Below, one piece after another: positions 1 through 11,311 of a stretch of DNA of 32,000 bases. Under the pieces are notes generated by a model, which was not told where the DNA came from, ran no database searches, and worked only from the letters and a program-made list of their open reading frames with translations. The translations under genes and the position numbers were made by a program. How positions within the stretch are numbered: position 1 is the stretch's first letter; every line of letters begins with the position of its first letter. The DNA comes from Bacteroidota bacterium (GTDB lineage: Bacteria; Bacteroidota; Bacteroidia; Cytophagales; Cyclobacteriaceae). The stretch lies in NCBI GenBank assembly GCA_023393375.1, contig JAEWLI010000071.1, positions 13,596-45,595 on the forward strand, in the 5' to 3' direction.

Positions 1-392
1 TCCCAATGGTCGATGCTAATTACCGTACTTTGGCCGATCCTAAAAATAGGGCTATGGCAGGTTTGTCAATGGGCGGTATGCAAACCCGGGCAATAACTTT
101 AGCCAATCCGAATGTTTTCTCCTATGTAGGCATGTTCAGTGGAGGCAGTATCAGCGTGGAGGATGTAGAAAAAGCACCTGATTTCAAGAAAAACGTAAAG
201 CTTTTATTTATCAGCTATGGCAGCACGGAACTTGAAAATCCTAGGCCAGGCTTCCCTAATCCAAAAGAAAATACCGACAAATTAAAAGCACTTGGGATGA
301 ACACCCATTTTTATGTTTCTCCCAAAACTGCACATGAATGGCAAAGCTGGCGTAGAAGTTTATATCAATTTGCACCACTTTTATTCAACTAA
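1..392 (+). CDS. CE1-like (PF00756 'putative esterase') feruloyl/acetyl-xylan esterase, C-terminal fragment; 5' end lies outside the window
   Basis: The ORF is open to the window edge. The ATG at 6 is internal: the upstream codon CCA gives '..PMVDANYRT', the same 'IP.VD.NYRT' block found about 240 aa into the downstream paralogs. Contains the nucleophile elbow GLSMGG and the C-terminal His block 'TAHEWQSWRRSLYQFAPLLFN'. Confidence 0.85.
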   Translation, partial: PMVDANYRTLADPKNRAMAGLSMGGMQTRAITLANPNVFSYVGMFSGGSISVEDVEKAPDFKKNVKLLFISYGSTELENPRPGFPNPKENTDKLKALGMNTHFYVSPKTAHEWQSWRRSLYQFAPLLFN

Positions 393-402
393 ATAAATCT
401 AA

Positions 403-1506
<1,104 letters not shown>

Positions 1507-1525
1507 TAATACCTGTAATCGATAA

Positions 1526-2701
<1,176 letters not shown>

Positions 2702-2727
2702 AAATCCTTTAGAGGATATTGAAGATT

Positions 2728-3900
2728 ATGAAAATAGTAACTAAGAATCACTTAAAGACTTTTGCATTGATCATGGTTTTGCAGGTATTGTCACTTGGTT
2801 TGGTCTTTTCCCAATTAGTCGACAATGCTACTCCGGCAACCACCAATAATGACCAGAACCAGTGTCCGTGCATCATGCCCGACAATAGTGTGGTTTTTCA
2901 GGTGAAGGCACCTAATGCGCAAAAACTTCAGATTGATCTGGGGAAAAAATACGATATGGTAAAAGATGCCAGTGGCGTATGGACAGTTCGTACTGAACCT
3001 ATCGAACCTGGTTTTCACTATTATTTTTTAGTGATCGATGATGTACCGGTTGCCGATCCTGCTAGCCAATCATTTTATGGCACAGGCAAAATGACAAGTG
3101 CCATTGACATCCCTGAGGAGGGAATTGATTTTTATACCGTTAAAGATGTACCTCATGGTGCAATCAGTTCAAAGTATTATTATTCCAATGTAACCGAAAG
3201 TTGGAGACGGCTTTTTGTATATACCCCTCCTGGATACGATAAAGAAATCAATAAAAAATTTCCGGTTGTGTATATTCAACATGGTGGCGGCGAAGACGAA
3301 ACGGGTTGGGCAAATCAGGGTAAGACAGATATAATAATGGATAACCTGATTGCCGAAGGGAAAGCAAAGCCCATGATAGTGGTAATAGCCAATGGGAACA
3401 TTCGAACCGGAAGTGGAGGCGGAGGATACAGTAGCCAGGGTATGACAGGATTTAAAAAGGAAATGACTGAAAACATTGTCCCGTTTATCGATAAAAATTA
3501 CAGGACGCTCACAGATGCCAAGAATCGCGCAATCTGTGGATTATCGATGGGGGGCGGGCAATCGTTTTATGTTGGTCTGGAAAATCTTGATCGCTTCGGT
3601 TCTGTGGGGATATTCAGCTCAGGTATTTTCGGAGGCATAAGAAATCCTTCGGGTGCTACATTCGATGCTGAGAAGGAAATTCCCGGTTTGCTATCCAAGT
3701 CGGGTGACTTTAACAAAAAGCTCAATTTATTCTACATCTCCTGTGGTGAGGGAGACATGAGGATTGAACATACCAAGAAAGCTGTGGCCAATATGAAAGA
3801 AAAAGGACTGGATGTTGAATTCAACTCTTTTCCCGGTGATCATGAATGGCAGGTTTGGAGAAAATCACTATACGATTTTGCAACAAGGGTTTTTAAATAG
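2728..3900 (+). CDS. Secreted CE1-like esterase with N-terminal Ig-like domain (tandem paralog)
   Basis: The ORF track starts at TTG 2719, but ATG 2728 gives a normal signal peptide (MKIVTKNHLKTFALIMVLQVLSLGLVFSQ). Motifs 'GFHYYFLVIDDVPVADP', 'FPVVYIQHGGGEDE', 'GLSMGG' and 'GDHEWQVWRK'. Confidence 0.87.
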   Translation: MKIVTKNHLKTFALIMVLQVLSLGLVFSQLVDNATPATTNNDQNQCPCIMPDNSVVFQVKAPNAQKLQIDLGKKYDMVKDASGVWTVRTEPIEPGFHYYFLVIDDVPVADPASQSFYGTGKMTSAIDIPEEGIDFYTVKDVPHGAISSKYYYSNVTESWRRLFVYTPPGYDKEINKKFPVVYIQHGGGEDETGWANQGKTDIIMDNLIAEGKAKPMIVVIANGNIRTGSGGGGYSSQGMTGFKKEMTENIVPFIDKNYRTLTDAKNRAICGLSMGGGQSFYVGLENLDRFGSVGIFSSGIFGGIRNPSGATFDAEKEIPGLLSKSGDFNKKLNLFYISCGEGDMRIEHTKKAVANMKEKGLDVEFNSFPGDHEWQVWRKSLYDFATRVFK

Positions 3901-3915
3901 AATTAAAACTGTAAT

Positions 3916-5151
3916 ATGAAAAATAATAAAGCTTATTCCTTAAAAAATTTCGCAATAGAAAACAGGATCAAATATTTCGGATTTTTGATCCTGTTTTTTC
4001 TTTTGATACCTGCTTTATTGCTGGGCCAACAAGCGAATGTTAATCTTGATTACAATCCACAGAAAGATACTGAGGGTTTAATACCATTTAGCGCACCGTT
4101 AAATTCACCAGAGGTACACGATGACCGAACGGTTACTTTCCGCTTAAAAGCACCGAATGCGCAAAAAGTTGAATTGCCTTCAGGTGCTATTCACACTTCA
4201 TTGGGCTTGGGAAGGGAACCTCTTCAATTTTCAAAGGGGGAAAATGATATTTGGACCTTAACCATAGGTCCGCTTCCAGCTGATATGTATGCCTATAATC
4301 TCTTGATAGATGGAGTGCAAGTTGCTGATCCGAGCAATACTTATGCAGCTTTTACCGCTATGCCCCCATACAGCCAATTAGTTGTTCATGGTGACGGTCC
4401 GGCATATTACGATGCTCAGAATGTACCACATGGGAATGTTACACGCCATGTTTACCGTTCCGAAGTTACCAAAGGTGAACGTGAGCTGTATGTGTACACT
4501 CCTCCTGGTTATAATCCAAAGAAAAAATACCCGGTATTATACCTGGTAGGCGGGAGTGGCGAACTCCCTTCTAATTGGGTGTACGATGGCAGGGTGAATT
4601 TTATCATGGACAACCTGCTAGCTGAAGGTAAAGCGGTTCCAATGATTATAGCTATTCCCAACAATCAGGTGATTCACCGCAACCATCCACAACATGCAGA
4701 ACTTACTTTTGATATTTTTGAAAAGGAACTAAGAAACCATGTTATTCCATTGGTCGACCAGAGTTATAGTACTATTAAGACACCTAAAGGTAGGGCGATA
4801 TCAGGTTTGTCTATGGGAGGCCGTCATAGCATGTTTATCGGTTTTCGTTCACTCGATTTATTTGCCAATTTTGGTATTCTTAGTGCTGGTGATGTAAATC
4901 CGGAAGAAACACTTACGCATTTTCTGAACGATTCAAAAGTAAACGAAAAAGTGGATTACTTATTCTTGGGTCAGGGCACTAAAGAAGCCCACGGTTTCTT
5001 TAATCCACGGGTTCAGGTACTGCATGAAGCCCTTACTAATCATAAAATAAAGCATGAATATTATGTTGGTGGACATGGAGGTCATGACTGGTCTACCTGG
5101 CGCCACTTATTATACTATCGTTTTTTACCTAATTTATGGGTTAAAAAATAA
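3916..5151 (+). CDS. Secreted CE1-like esterase, most divergent member of the tandem array
   Basis: N-terminal hydrophobic segment, then 'VTFRLKAPNAQKVEL' and 'YAYNLLIDGVQVADP' (the same beta-sandwich module). Core motifs 'YPVLYLVGGSGE', 'DNLLAEGKAVP', 'GLSMGG' and 'GGHDWSTWRH'. The C-terminus differs from the other copies. Confidence 0.85.
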   Translation: MKNNKAYSLKNFAIENRIKYFGFLILFFLLIPALLLGQQANVNLDYNPQKDTEGLIPFSAPLNSPEVHDDRTVTFRLKAPNAQKVELPSGAIHTSLGLGREPLQFSKGENDIWTLTIGPLPADMYAYNLLIDGVQVADPSNTYAAFTAMPPYSQLVVHGDGPAYYDAQNVPHGNVTRHVYRSEVTKGERELYVYTPPGYNPKKKYPVLYLVGGSGELPSNWVYDGRVNFIMDNLLAEGKAVPMIIAIPNNQVIHRNHPQHAELTFDIFEKELRNHVIPLVDQSYSTIKTPKGRAISGLSMGGRHSMFIGFRSLDLFANFGILSAGDVNPEETLTHFLNDSKVNEKVDYLFLGQGTKEAHGFFNPRVQVLHEALTNHKIKHEYYVGGHGGHDWSTWRHLLYYRFLPNLWVKK

Positions 5152-5159
5152 AACAAATT

Positions 5160-6722
5160 ATGAAAAAATTATATTATTGGTTATTAACCATTGTATCCAT
5201 CGGCTTCATTTCCTGTAATGACCTTCCAGAAGGACAGGTGAAAGTAGAAGGTGGAATTATTGAAGGTTCAGTTACTGAGGATTTGGCCATTTATAAAGGC
5301 ATTCCCTTTGCAGCTCCCTCTATTGGTGATTTGCGTTGGAAAGCACCGCAGCCGGTCGAGAAATGGGAAGGTGTAAAACAAACTGTTGAATATGCCCCCG
5401 CACCTATGCAAGGAGGAAATCCTGCATCAGGGAAAAGTGAAGATTGTTTATATCTGAATGTGTGGACACCCGCAAAGTCAGAAAAAGAAAAACTGCCTGT
5501 ATTGGTGTGGATTTATGGAGGTGGATTTAGTTTTGGCTCTACTTCCGATCCTGTTCATAATGGAGAACACCTTGCTCGTAAAGGTGTAGTTTTGGTAAGC
5601 ATTGCCTATCGGGTGGGTCAATTAGGCTTTTTAGCACACCCAGAATTAAGTGCGGAAGATCCCAACGGTGTATCAGGAAATTATGGATTACTCGACCAGA
5701 TAGCTGGCTTACAATGGATACAAAACAACATTTCAGCCTTTGGTGGCGACCCTGATAAAGTAACCATTTTTGGAGAATCAGCTGGCGGGATTGCAGTAAG
5801 CATGTTGTGTGCATCACCGTTGGCAAAAGGCCTGTTTCACGGTGCTATTTCGCAAAGCGGCGGATCGTTTGGCCCATCTCGTCCAACTACATTTCCCGGT
5901 GAAAATATGAAAACCCTTCAACATGCTGAACAAGATGGTATAGAATATGTAAAAAGAGTTGGTGCTTCATCAATAGCTGAACTACGAAATATTGAACCTG
6001 ATTCGCTTCCCCTTGGCATGGGAATGGGTGGTGCTTGGCCCATTGTTGATGGATATGTCATCCCGGACGATCAATATAAATTGTACGAAGCAGGAAATTA
6101 CAACGATGTCCCGGTTCTTATAGGTTATAATTCCGACGAAGGATTAAGTTTCCCAGCCGGACGTACACCTGAAGATTATATTGCAGGGGTGGAACGGAGG
6201 TTCGGCTCATTCTCCAATGGTTTATTGGAAGCATATCCTTTAAATGAAAACCGAATTGGACGATCAGCCAGGAATTTGATGCGTGATGCTGCTTTTGGGT
6301 GGCACACATGGAGCTGGGCACGGCTTCAGTCGAGAAACGGAAAATCTGATGTTTATTATTATTATTTTGACCAACATCCTGAACGTGCCGAAGACTCTCC
6401 ACAGTTTGATCACGGCACACCCCACGGTGTAGATGTGCCTTTTGTGTTCATGAACCTAGATCGGGAAAACCCTCAAACTACTGAATCAGATTTAGCCATT
6501 TCAGAGATCATGGGAACTTATTGGACAAATTTTGCCAAGTATGGTCACCCAAATGGTGAAGGGGTGCCGGAGTGGCCCGCTTTTAGCGAGGAAAACCCTG
6601 TTGTAATGTACCTTGGCCCAACAGCATATTTAGACAAGGTTCCTGATGAAGCTTCACTAAAAGTATTGGACAATTATTTTAAATGGCGACGCTCTAACGA
6701 AGGTAAAGAATGGGCTCAATAA
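5160..6722 (+). CDS. Type-B carboxylesterase (COesterase family, para-nitrobenzyl-esterase-like), probable lipoprotein
   Basis: Lipobox-like 'IGFISC'. Classic type-B motifs 'EDCLYLNVW', oxyanion 'YGGGFSFG' and nucleophile 'FGESAGG'. Length 520 aa. Starts 8 nt after the previous stop. Confidence 0.9.
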   Translation: MKKLYYWLLTIVSIGFISCNDLPEGQVKVEGGIIEGSVTEDLAIYKGIPFAAPSIGDLRWKAPQPVEKWEGVKQTVEYAPAPMQGGNPASGKSEDCLYLNVWTPAKSEKEKLPVLVWIYGGGFSFGSTSDPVHNGEHLARKGVVLVSIAYRVGQLGFLAHPELSAEDPNGVSGNYGLLDQIAGLQWIQNNISAFGGDPDKVTIFGESAGGIAVSMLCASPLAKGLFHGAISQSGGSFGPSRPTTFPGENMKTLQHAEQDGIEYVKRVGASSIAELRNIEPDSLPLGMGMGGAWPIVDGYVIPDDQYKLYEAGNYNDVPVLIGYNSDEGLSFPAGRTPEDYIAGVERRFGSFSNGLLEAYPLNENRIGRSARNLMRDAAFGWHTWSWARLQSRNGKSDVYYYYFDQHPERAEDSPQFDHGTPHGVDVPFVFMNLDRENPQTTESDLAISEIMGTYWTNFAKYGHPNGEGVPEWPAFSEENPVVMYLGPTAYLDKVPDEASLKVLDNYFKWRRSNEGKEWAQ

Positions 6723-6748
6723 GATGCTAACACTTAAAACATTTGGCA

Positions 6749-7576
6749 ATGAAAAATAAATTTTTTGTTTTATTAGTACTTCTTTTTTCAAGCACTATGT
6801 CATTCTCGCAAGATCAAAATTTTCACATTTACTTGTGTTTTGGTCAGTCGAATATGGCTGGAGCAGCTCCCGCTGAAGCACAGGATTCTGTAGTGGATGA
6901 GCGTTTCCAAATGATGAGTGCCATGGATTGCCCGGACAAAGGACGAAAAATGGGCAATTGGTATACCGCTACACCTCCAATTTGTGACTGCAAAGCAGGT
7001 ATTTCACCTGCCGATTATTTTGGGCGCACACTCATAAAAAATTTATCTGACAATACTAAAGTTGGGGTTATTAATGTATCGGTAGGTGGTTGTAAAATCG
7101 AATTGTTCGATAAAGAAAATTATCCATCCTATGTGGAAACAGCACCTGACTGGATGAAAGGATGGATTGAGAATTATGGGGGTAATCCCTATGGCAGATT
7201 AGTAGAAATGGCGAAATTGGCTCAAAAAGATGGTGTAATTAAAGGCATTTTACTGCATCAGGGTGAATCAAATCCCAACGATACCTTATGGACACAAAAG
7301 GTCAAAGATATTTATGATAACCTTCTTGCTGATTTAAACCTGGATCCTCAGAAAACCCCATTACTGGCAGGTGAATTATTAAGTGCTGAATTTGATGGAA
7401 AATGTGCTGGATTTAATCAATTCATTGCTCAGTTACCCTCGGTAATCCCTAATTCACATATCATATCTTCAGAAGGTTGCCCGGGAATGCGTGATGGACT
7501 TCATTTTACATCCGAGGGTTATCGCATCTTGGGTAAAAGGTATGGTGAGAAAATGTTATCGTTGATGAAGGAATAA
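6749..7576 (+). CDS. SGNH-type carbohydrate esterase, SASA / sialate-O-acetylesterase-like (CE6-like acetyl-xylan esterase)
   Basis: The ORF track starts at TTG 6743; ATG 6749 is more likely (MKNKFFVLLVLLFSSTMSFSQ). Block I 'FGQSNMAG', block III-like 'LLHQGESN' and block V 'DGLHFTSEGY' (D-x-x-H). Confidence 0.8.
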   Translation: MKNKFFVLLVLLFSSTMSFSQDQNFHIYLCFGQSNMAGAAPAEAQDSVVDERFQMMSAMDCPDKGRKMGNWYTATPPICDCKAGISPADYFGRTLIKNLSDNTKVGVINVSVGGCKIELFDKENYPSYVETAPDWMKGWIENYGGNPYGRLVEMAKLAQKDGVIKGILLHQGESNPNDTLWTQKVKDIYDNLLADLNLDPQKTPLLAGELLSAEFDGKCAGFNQFIAQLPSVIPNSHIISSEGCPGMRDGLHFTSEGYRILGKRYGEKMLSLMKE

Positions 7577-7665
7577 GAATACATAAATATATTGTTGAAT
7601 GGAGCACTATATTATGTAGGGCTGGTGAAAAATTTAATTTTAAGATTTAAATTAACTCAAATATT

Positions 7666-8577
7666 ATGAAAAAAACTCTTATTTGTCTTGCAGCACTATT
7701 ATTTGCTGGAATAAGCATTCCGAATTCTTTGTACGCACAAGAATCCGGTAAATCGAAAGAAACCCAAAGAGTTGTTGAAGATGGAGGTACAGGTGATTAT
7801 AGTGCCATTATGTATACCGATAACTCTTTAACTACGCATACCATATTTCGACCCAATGACTTAAGTCCTTTTGGGGATAAAAATAAATTGCCAATTATTG
7901 CATGGGGCAATGGTGCTTGTGCCAATTCTCCATGGGAACATATCAATTTTTTGTCGGAAGTGGCATCACATGGTTTTTTGATGATTGCTATTGGCCCTAT
8001 GCCCCAAGAAGGAGAGCGTGGTAGTGGGAGGTCCACATCTTCGCAGCTCATAGACGCCATTGATTGGGCAATCGCTCAAAACAGCGATAAATCTAGCGTG
8101 TTTTACAATAAACTAGACATTTCGAAGATTGCAGTAAGTGGTATGTCTTGTGGCGGGTTACAAACACTTGAAGTAGCACCTGATCCCCGCATAACTACAG
8201 CAGTGGTATGCAATAGTGGCATCATAGGTACTCCGGGAGGTGGAATGCCAGGTATGCCAGCTTTAACCAAAGAACATTTGGCTAAATTGCACACTCCTAC
8301 CCTGTATTTACTTGGAGGAGAATCGGATATTGCATACAACAATGGCATGGATGATTTCAAAAGAATAAATCATGTTCCGGTATTTGTGGCAAATATGGAT
8401 GTGGGTCATGGCGGAACATATGGTCAGCCTCATGGTGGCGAGTTTGCCACAGTGGCAACTGCTTGGTACAAATGGCAATTAAAGGGTGATAAAGAAGCTG
8501 GCAAATTATTTACCGGCAATCCATCTAAACTCTCAGAATCAACTGTATGGAAAGTAGAAAAGAAGAATTTGCCATAG
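7666..8577 (+). CDS. Secreted alpha/beta hydrolase, cutinase/PETase/dienelactone-hydrolase-like putative esterase; substrate unknown
   Basis: Signal peptide ending 'LYAQ'. 'IIAWGNGACANS', 'VASHGFLMIAIG' (resembles the 'ASHGFVV' block of cutinase/PETase-type enzymes, recalled from memory), GxSxG elbow 'SGMSCGG', and candidate Asp 'LLGGESD' and His 'DVGHGG'. Confidence 0.65.
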   Translation: MKKTLICLAALLFAGISIPNSLYAQESGKSKETQRVVEDGGTGDYSAIMYTDNSLTTHTIFRPNDLSPFGDKNKLPIIAWGNGACANSPWEHINFLSEVASHGFLMIAIGPMPQEGERGSGRSTSSQLIDAIDWAIAQNSDKSSVFYNKLDISKIAVSGMSCGGLQTLEVAPDPRITTAVVCNSGIIGTPGGGMPGMPALTKEHLAKLHTPTLYLLGGESDIAYNNGMDDFKRINHVPVFVANMDVGHGGTYGQPHGGEFATVATAWYKWQLKGDKEAGKLFTGNPSKLSESTVWKVEKKNLP

Positions 8578-8659
8578 GGATATACTTCTCCTAACACAGG
8601 ATATTTAGATGTTGGCAGCTTAAGTGAAATGTGGGGAATCATACTAAAAAATGATATAA

Positions 8660-11038
8660 ATGAATTTAATTAAGTTAATCTTCTTTACATGTTTTTTCAT
8701 TTGTTATAGCTCAATTCAAGCTCAGGAAAAGTTATACAAAAATGAATTTCCGATATCGGATGTCACTTTGCTCGATGGACCGTTTAAGCATGCTCGTGAT
8801 CTAAATATAGAGGTGCTACTTCAGTACGATGTTGACCGTTTATTGGCACCTTATCGTAAGGAAGCAGGATTAACCCCAAAAGCCAAAACTTATCCTAATT
8901 GGGATGGGTTGGATGGCCATGTTGCAGGTCATTACCTTTCAGCTATGGCCATGAATTATGCAGCCACGGGCAACCAAGAGTGTGAGAAACGCATGGAATA
9001 TATGCTTTCGGAACTCAAAGAGTGCCTGGAAGCTAATGCCAAAAACAATCCGGAATGGGGAGTTGGTTATATTGGAGGTTTCCCTAATAGTGCAAAATTG
9101 TGGTCCGCATTCAAAAAAGGAGATTTCAGTATTTACAATTCGGCTTGGGCACCATTTTACAATTTGCATAAAATGTATGCTGGTCTTCGTGATGCCTGGT
9201 TATATGGTGATAATGAAGAAGCCAAAACTTTATTCTTGAAGTTCTGCGATTGGGGTATTGACATCACTTCAACCCTAAACGACGAGCAGATGAAGGTAGT
9301 ACTAAATATGGAATATGGTGGTATGAATGAAACCTTTGCCGATGCCTACCAAATTTCAGGCGACGAAAAATACTTAATTGCTGCTAAAAGGTATTCTCAT
9401 AAGATGTTCTTAGAACCTTTGTCAAAAGGGATTGATAACCTCGATAACAAACATGCCAACACACAAATTCCAAAATTTATCGGCTTTGCTAGGATTGCTG
9501 AACTCAGTGGTGATAAGAAATATGAAAAAGCTGGCCTTTTCTCATGGGAAACCATAACCACAAACCGTTCACTGGCTTTTGGGGGGAACAGCCGGAGAGA
9601 ACATTTCCCAAGTGTCGAGTCTTGTAGTGATTTTATTAACGATGTGGATGGTCCCGAATCGTGCAACTCGTACAACATGTTGAAATTGACCGAAGACTTG
9701 TTCCGGATGAAACCGTCAGCTCATTATGCCGATTATTACGAGCGAACAGTGTTCAACCACATTCTTTCAACCCAACATCCCGAACATGGTGGATATGTAT
9801 ATTTTACAACTGCACGTCCGCGTCATTACAGGGTTTATTCTACACCTAACAATGCTATGTGGTGTTGTGTGGGTACTGGTATGGAAAACCATGGAAAATA
9901 TAATCAGTTTATCTATACTCATTCAGCGGATTCTTTGTTTCTGAACCTCTTTATTGCTTCGGAACTGAATTGGAAAGATAAAAAAGTTAGCATCAAGCAG
10001 GAGACAAATTTTCCTTATGAAGAGCGCACCAAACTGACTATAACCCAAGGGTCTTCAAAATTTAATTTGATGATCAGGTATCCCGAGTGGGTGAAAAAAG
10101 GTGCATTGAAAATTTCAATAAATGGGAAAGCAGTGAATTACTCCACGCTTCCATCTTCTTATGTCAGTATCGACAGAAAATGGAAAAAAGGCGATGTAAT
10201 TGAAGTGGAATTGCCGATGCACAATACCATTGAACATTTGCCCAATGTTCCCAATTACATTGCTTTTATGCATGGCCCAATACTGCTTACTGCCAAAACC
10301 GGTTCCGATGATTTAAGGGGACTACTAGCCGACGACGGTCGTTGGGCGCAATATCCGGGAGGTAGATTGTACCCAATTGACCAAGCACCCATATTGATAG
10401 AAGACGATATAGAAAATATTGCAAACAAATTGATACCTGTTGAAGGAGAACCCTTAAATTTTACCCTCAACGTGAATATGATAAATCCTATTAAGCTAAA
10501 ACTGGAACCATTTTCTCATATCCACGATTCCAGGTACATGATGTACTGGTTGGCATTAACAAATAGTGGTTATCAGGCACATCTTGATTCGTTAACCAAT
10601 CTGGAAAAACAAAGGATTGAAATAGAAAACCGAACCATAGACTTTGTGGCAACTGGTGAACAACAACCCGAAACCGACCATGCCATGCAAAATGAAAATT
10701 CAGGTACAGGCAACACCCACAATGAGTTCTATCGCGATGCCCGTGGTGGGGGCTATTTTAGTTATGAAATGAAAACAAACTCCGAAACCAACCTTAGCCT
10801 TATTGTGCGCTATTGGGGTGCTGAATGGGGAGGCCGTAAATTTGATATTTACATTGACGATGAAAAGCTATTGACTGAAGATAATACCGGACGGTGGAAC
10901 CAATCGAAGTTTCAGGATTTGGAGTATGCTATTCCCCCGTCATTTGTTGATGGAAAACAACATATAAGAGTGAAATTTCAGGCACTACCGCACAACACGG
11001 CGGGTGCGGTTTATCATATCCGGTTGGTCAAAAATTAA
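8660..11038 (+). CDS. GH127/GH146-like (DUF1680) glycoside hydrolase, beta-L-arabinofuranosidase type, with extra C-terminal beta-sandwich-like domain
   Basis: Signal peptide ending 'IQAQ'. Motifs 'HANTQIPKF', 'ESCNSYNMLKL' and 'MWCCVGTGMENHGKY' match the Glu/Cys plus Cys-Cys zinc site and Cys nucleophile arrangement known from HypBA1-type enzymes. About 150 additional C-terminal residues ('RYWGAEWGGRKFDIYIDDEKL'). Confidence 0.87.
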   Translation: MNLIKLIFFTCFFICYSSIQAQEKLYKNEFPISDVTLLDGPFKHARDLNIEVLLQYDVDRLLAPYRKEAGLTPKAKTYPNWDGLDGHVAGHYLSAMAMNYAATGNQECEKRMEYMLSELKECLEANAKNNPEWGVGYIGGFPNSAKLWSAFKKGDFSIYNSAWAPFYNLHKMYAGLRDAWLYGDNEEAKTLFLKFCDWGIDITSTLNDEQMKVVLNMEYGGMNETFADAYQISGDEKYLIAAKRYSHKMFLEPLSKGIDNLDNKHANTQIPKFIGFARIAELSGDKKYEKAGLFSWETITTNRSLAFGGNSRREHFPSVESCSDFINDVDGPESCNSYNMLKLTEDLFRMKPSAHYADYYERTVFNHILSTQHPEHGGYVYFTTARPRHYRVYSTPNNAMWCCVGTGMENHGKYNQFIYTHSADSLFLNLFIASELNWKDKKVSIKQETNFPYEERTKLTITQGSSKFNLMIRYPEWVKKGALKISINGKAVNYSTLPSSYVSIDRKWKKGDVIEVELPMHNTIEHLPNVPNYIAFMHGPILLTAKTGSDDLRGLLADDGRWAQYPGGRLYPIDQAPILIEDDIENIANKLIPVEGEPLNFTLNVNMINPIKLKLEPFSHIHDSRYMMYWLALTNSGYQAHLDSLTNLEKQRIEIENRTIDFVATGEQQPETDHAMQNENSGTGNTHNEFYRDARGGGYFSYEMKTNSETNLSLIVRYWGAEWGGRKFDIYIDDEKLLTEDNTGRWNQSKFQDLEYAIPPSFVDGKQHIRVKFQALPHNTAGAVYHIRLVKN

Positions 11039-11042
11039 ATTA

Positions 11043-11273
11043 ATGAAAAACATTATAATAATAATCAGTCTCTTTTTTTCAGTAACTATGGTTTCTGCAC
11101 AATCGACCGGAAGCAAGGATGGAAAACTAAATACTCGCTCATTGGCCATGAAAAGGAGCGATTATGTCATGCCATTTAAGCTTTCGTTACCGTTTTTCCG
11201 ATTATTGGATAACATTAATATTTTAAATTATCAAGAATACAAACGTGTGTATTATAAATTATCCCTATATTAG
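11043..11273 (+). CDS. Hypothetical small (76 aa) protein with signal-peptide-like N-terminus; may not be expressed
   Basis: ATG 5 nt after the GH127-like stop. N-terminus MKNIIIIISLFFSVTMVSAQ resembles the neighbours' signal peptides. The remainder has no recognisable motif. Fills the largest gap inside the cluster. Confidence 0.25.
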   Translation: MKNIIIIISLFFSVTMVSAQSTGSKDGKLNTRSLAMKRSDYVMPFKLSLPFFRLLDNINILNYQEYKRVYYKLSLY

Positions 11274-11311
11274 TGATTTTGAGATTGAAAGGAAATGATA
11301 ATATAATTAAT

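Noticed and set aside
7577-7665. The AT-only inverted repeat AATTTAA/TTAAATT between the CE6-like and alpha/beta-hydrolase genes, and weak repeats in the 8578-8659 and 13277-13402 spacers, considered as internal terminators.
   Set aside because: The stems are short and purely A/T or imperfect, with no following T-run. They are not distinguishable from background in AT-rich spacer DNA.
11004-11042. The track start of the small ORF, overlapping the 3' end of the GH127-like gene. The GTG 11273 start of GH51 and the TTG starts at 2719 and 6743 raise the same question.
   Set aside because: In each case a downstream ATG immediately precedes a typical signal peptide, so the upstream alternative starts are probably artefacts of taking the longest ORF.
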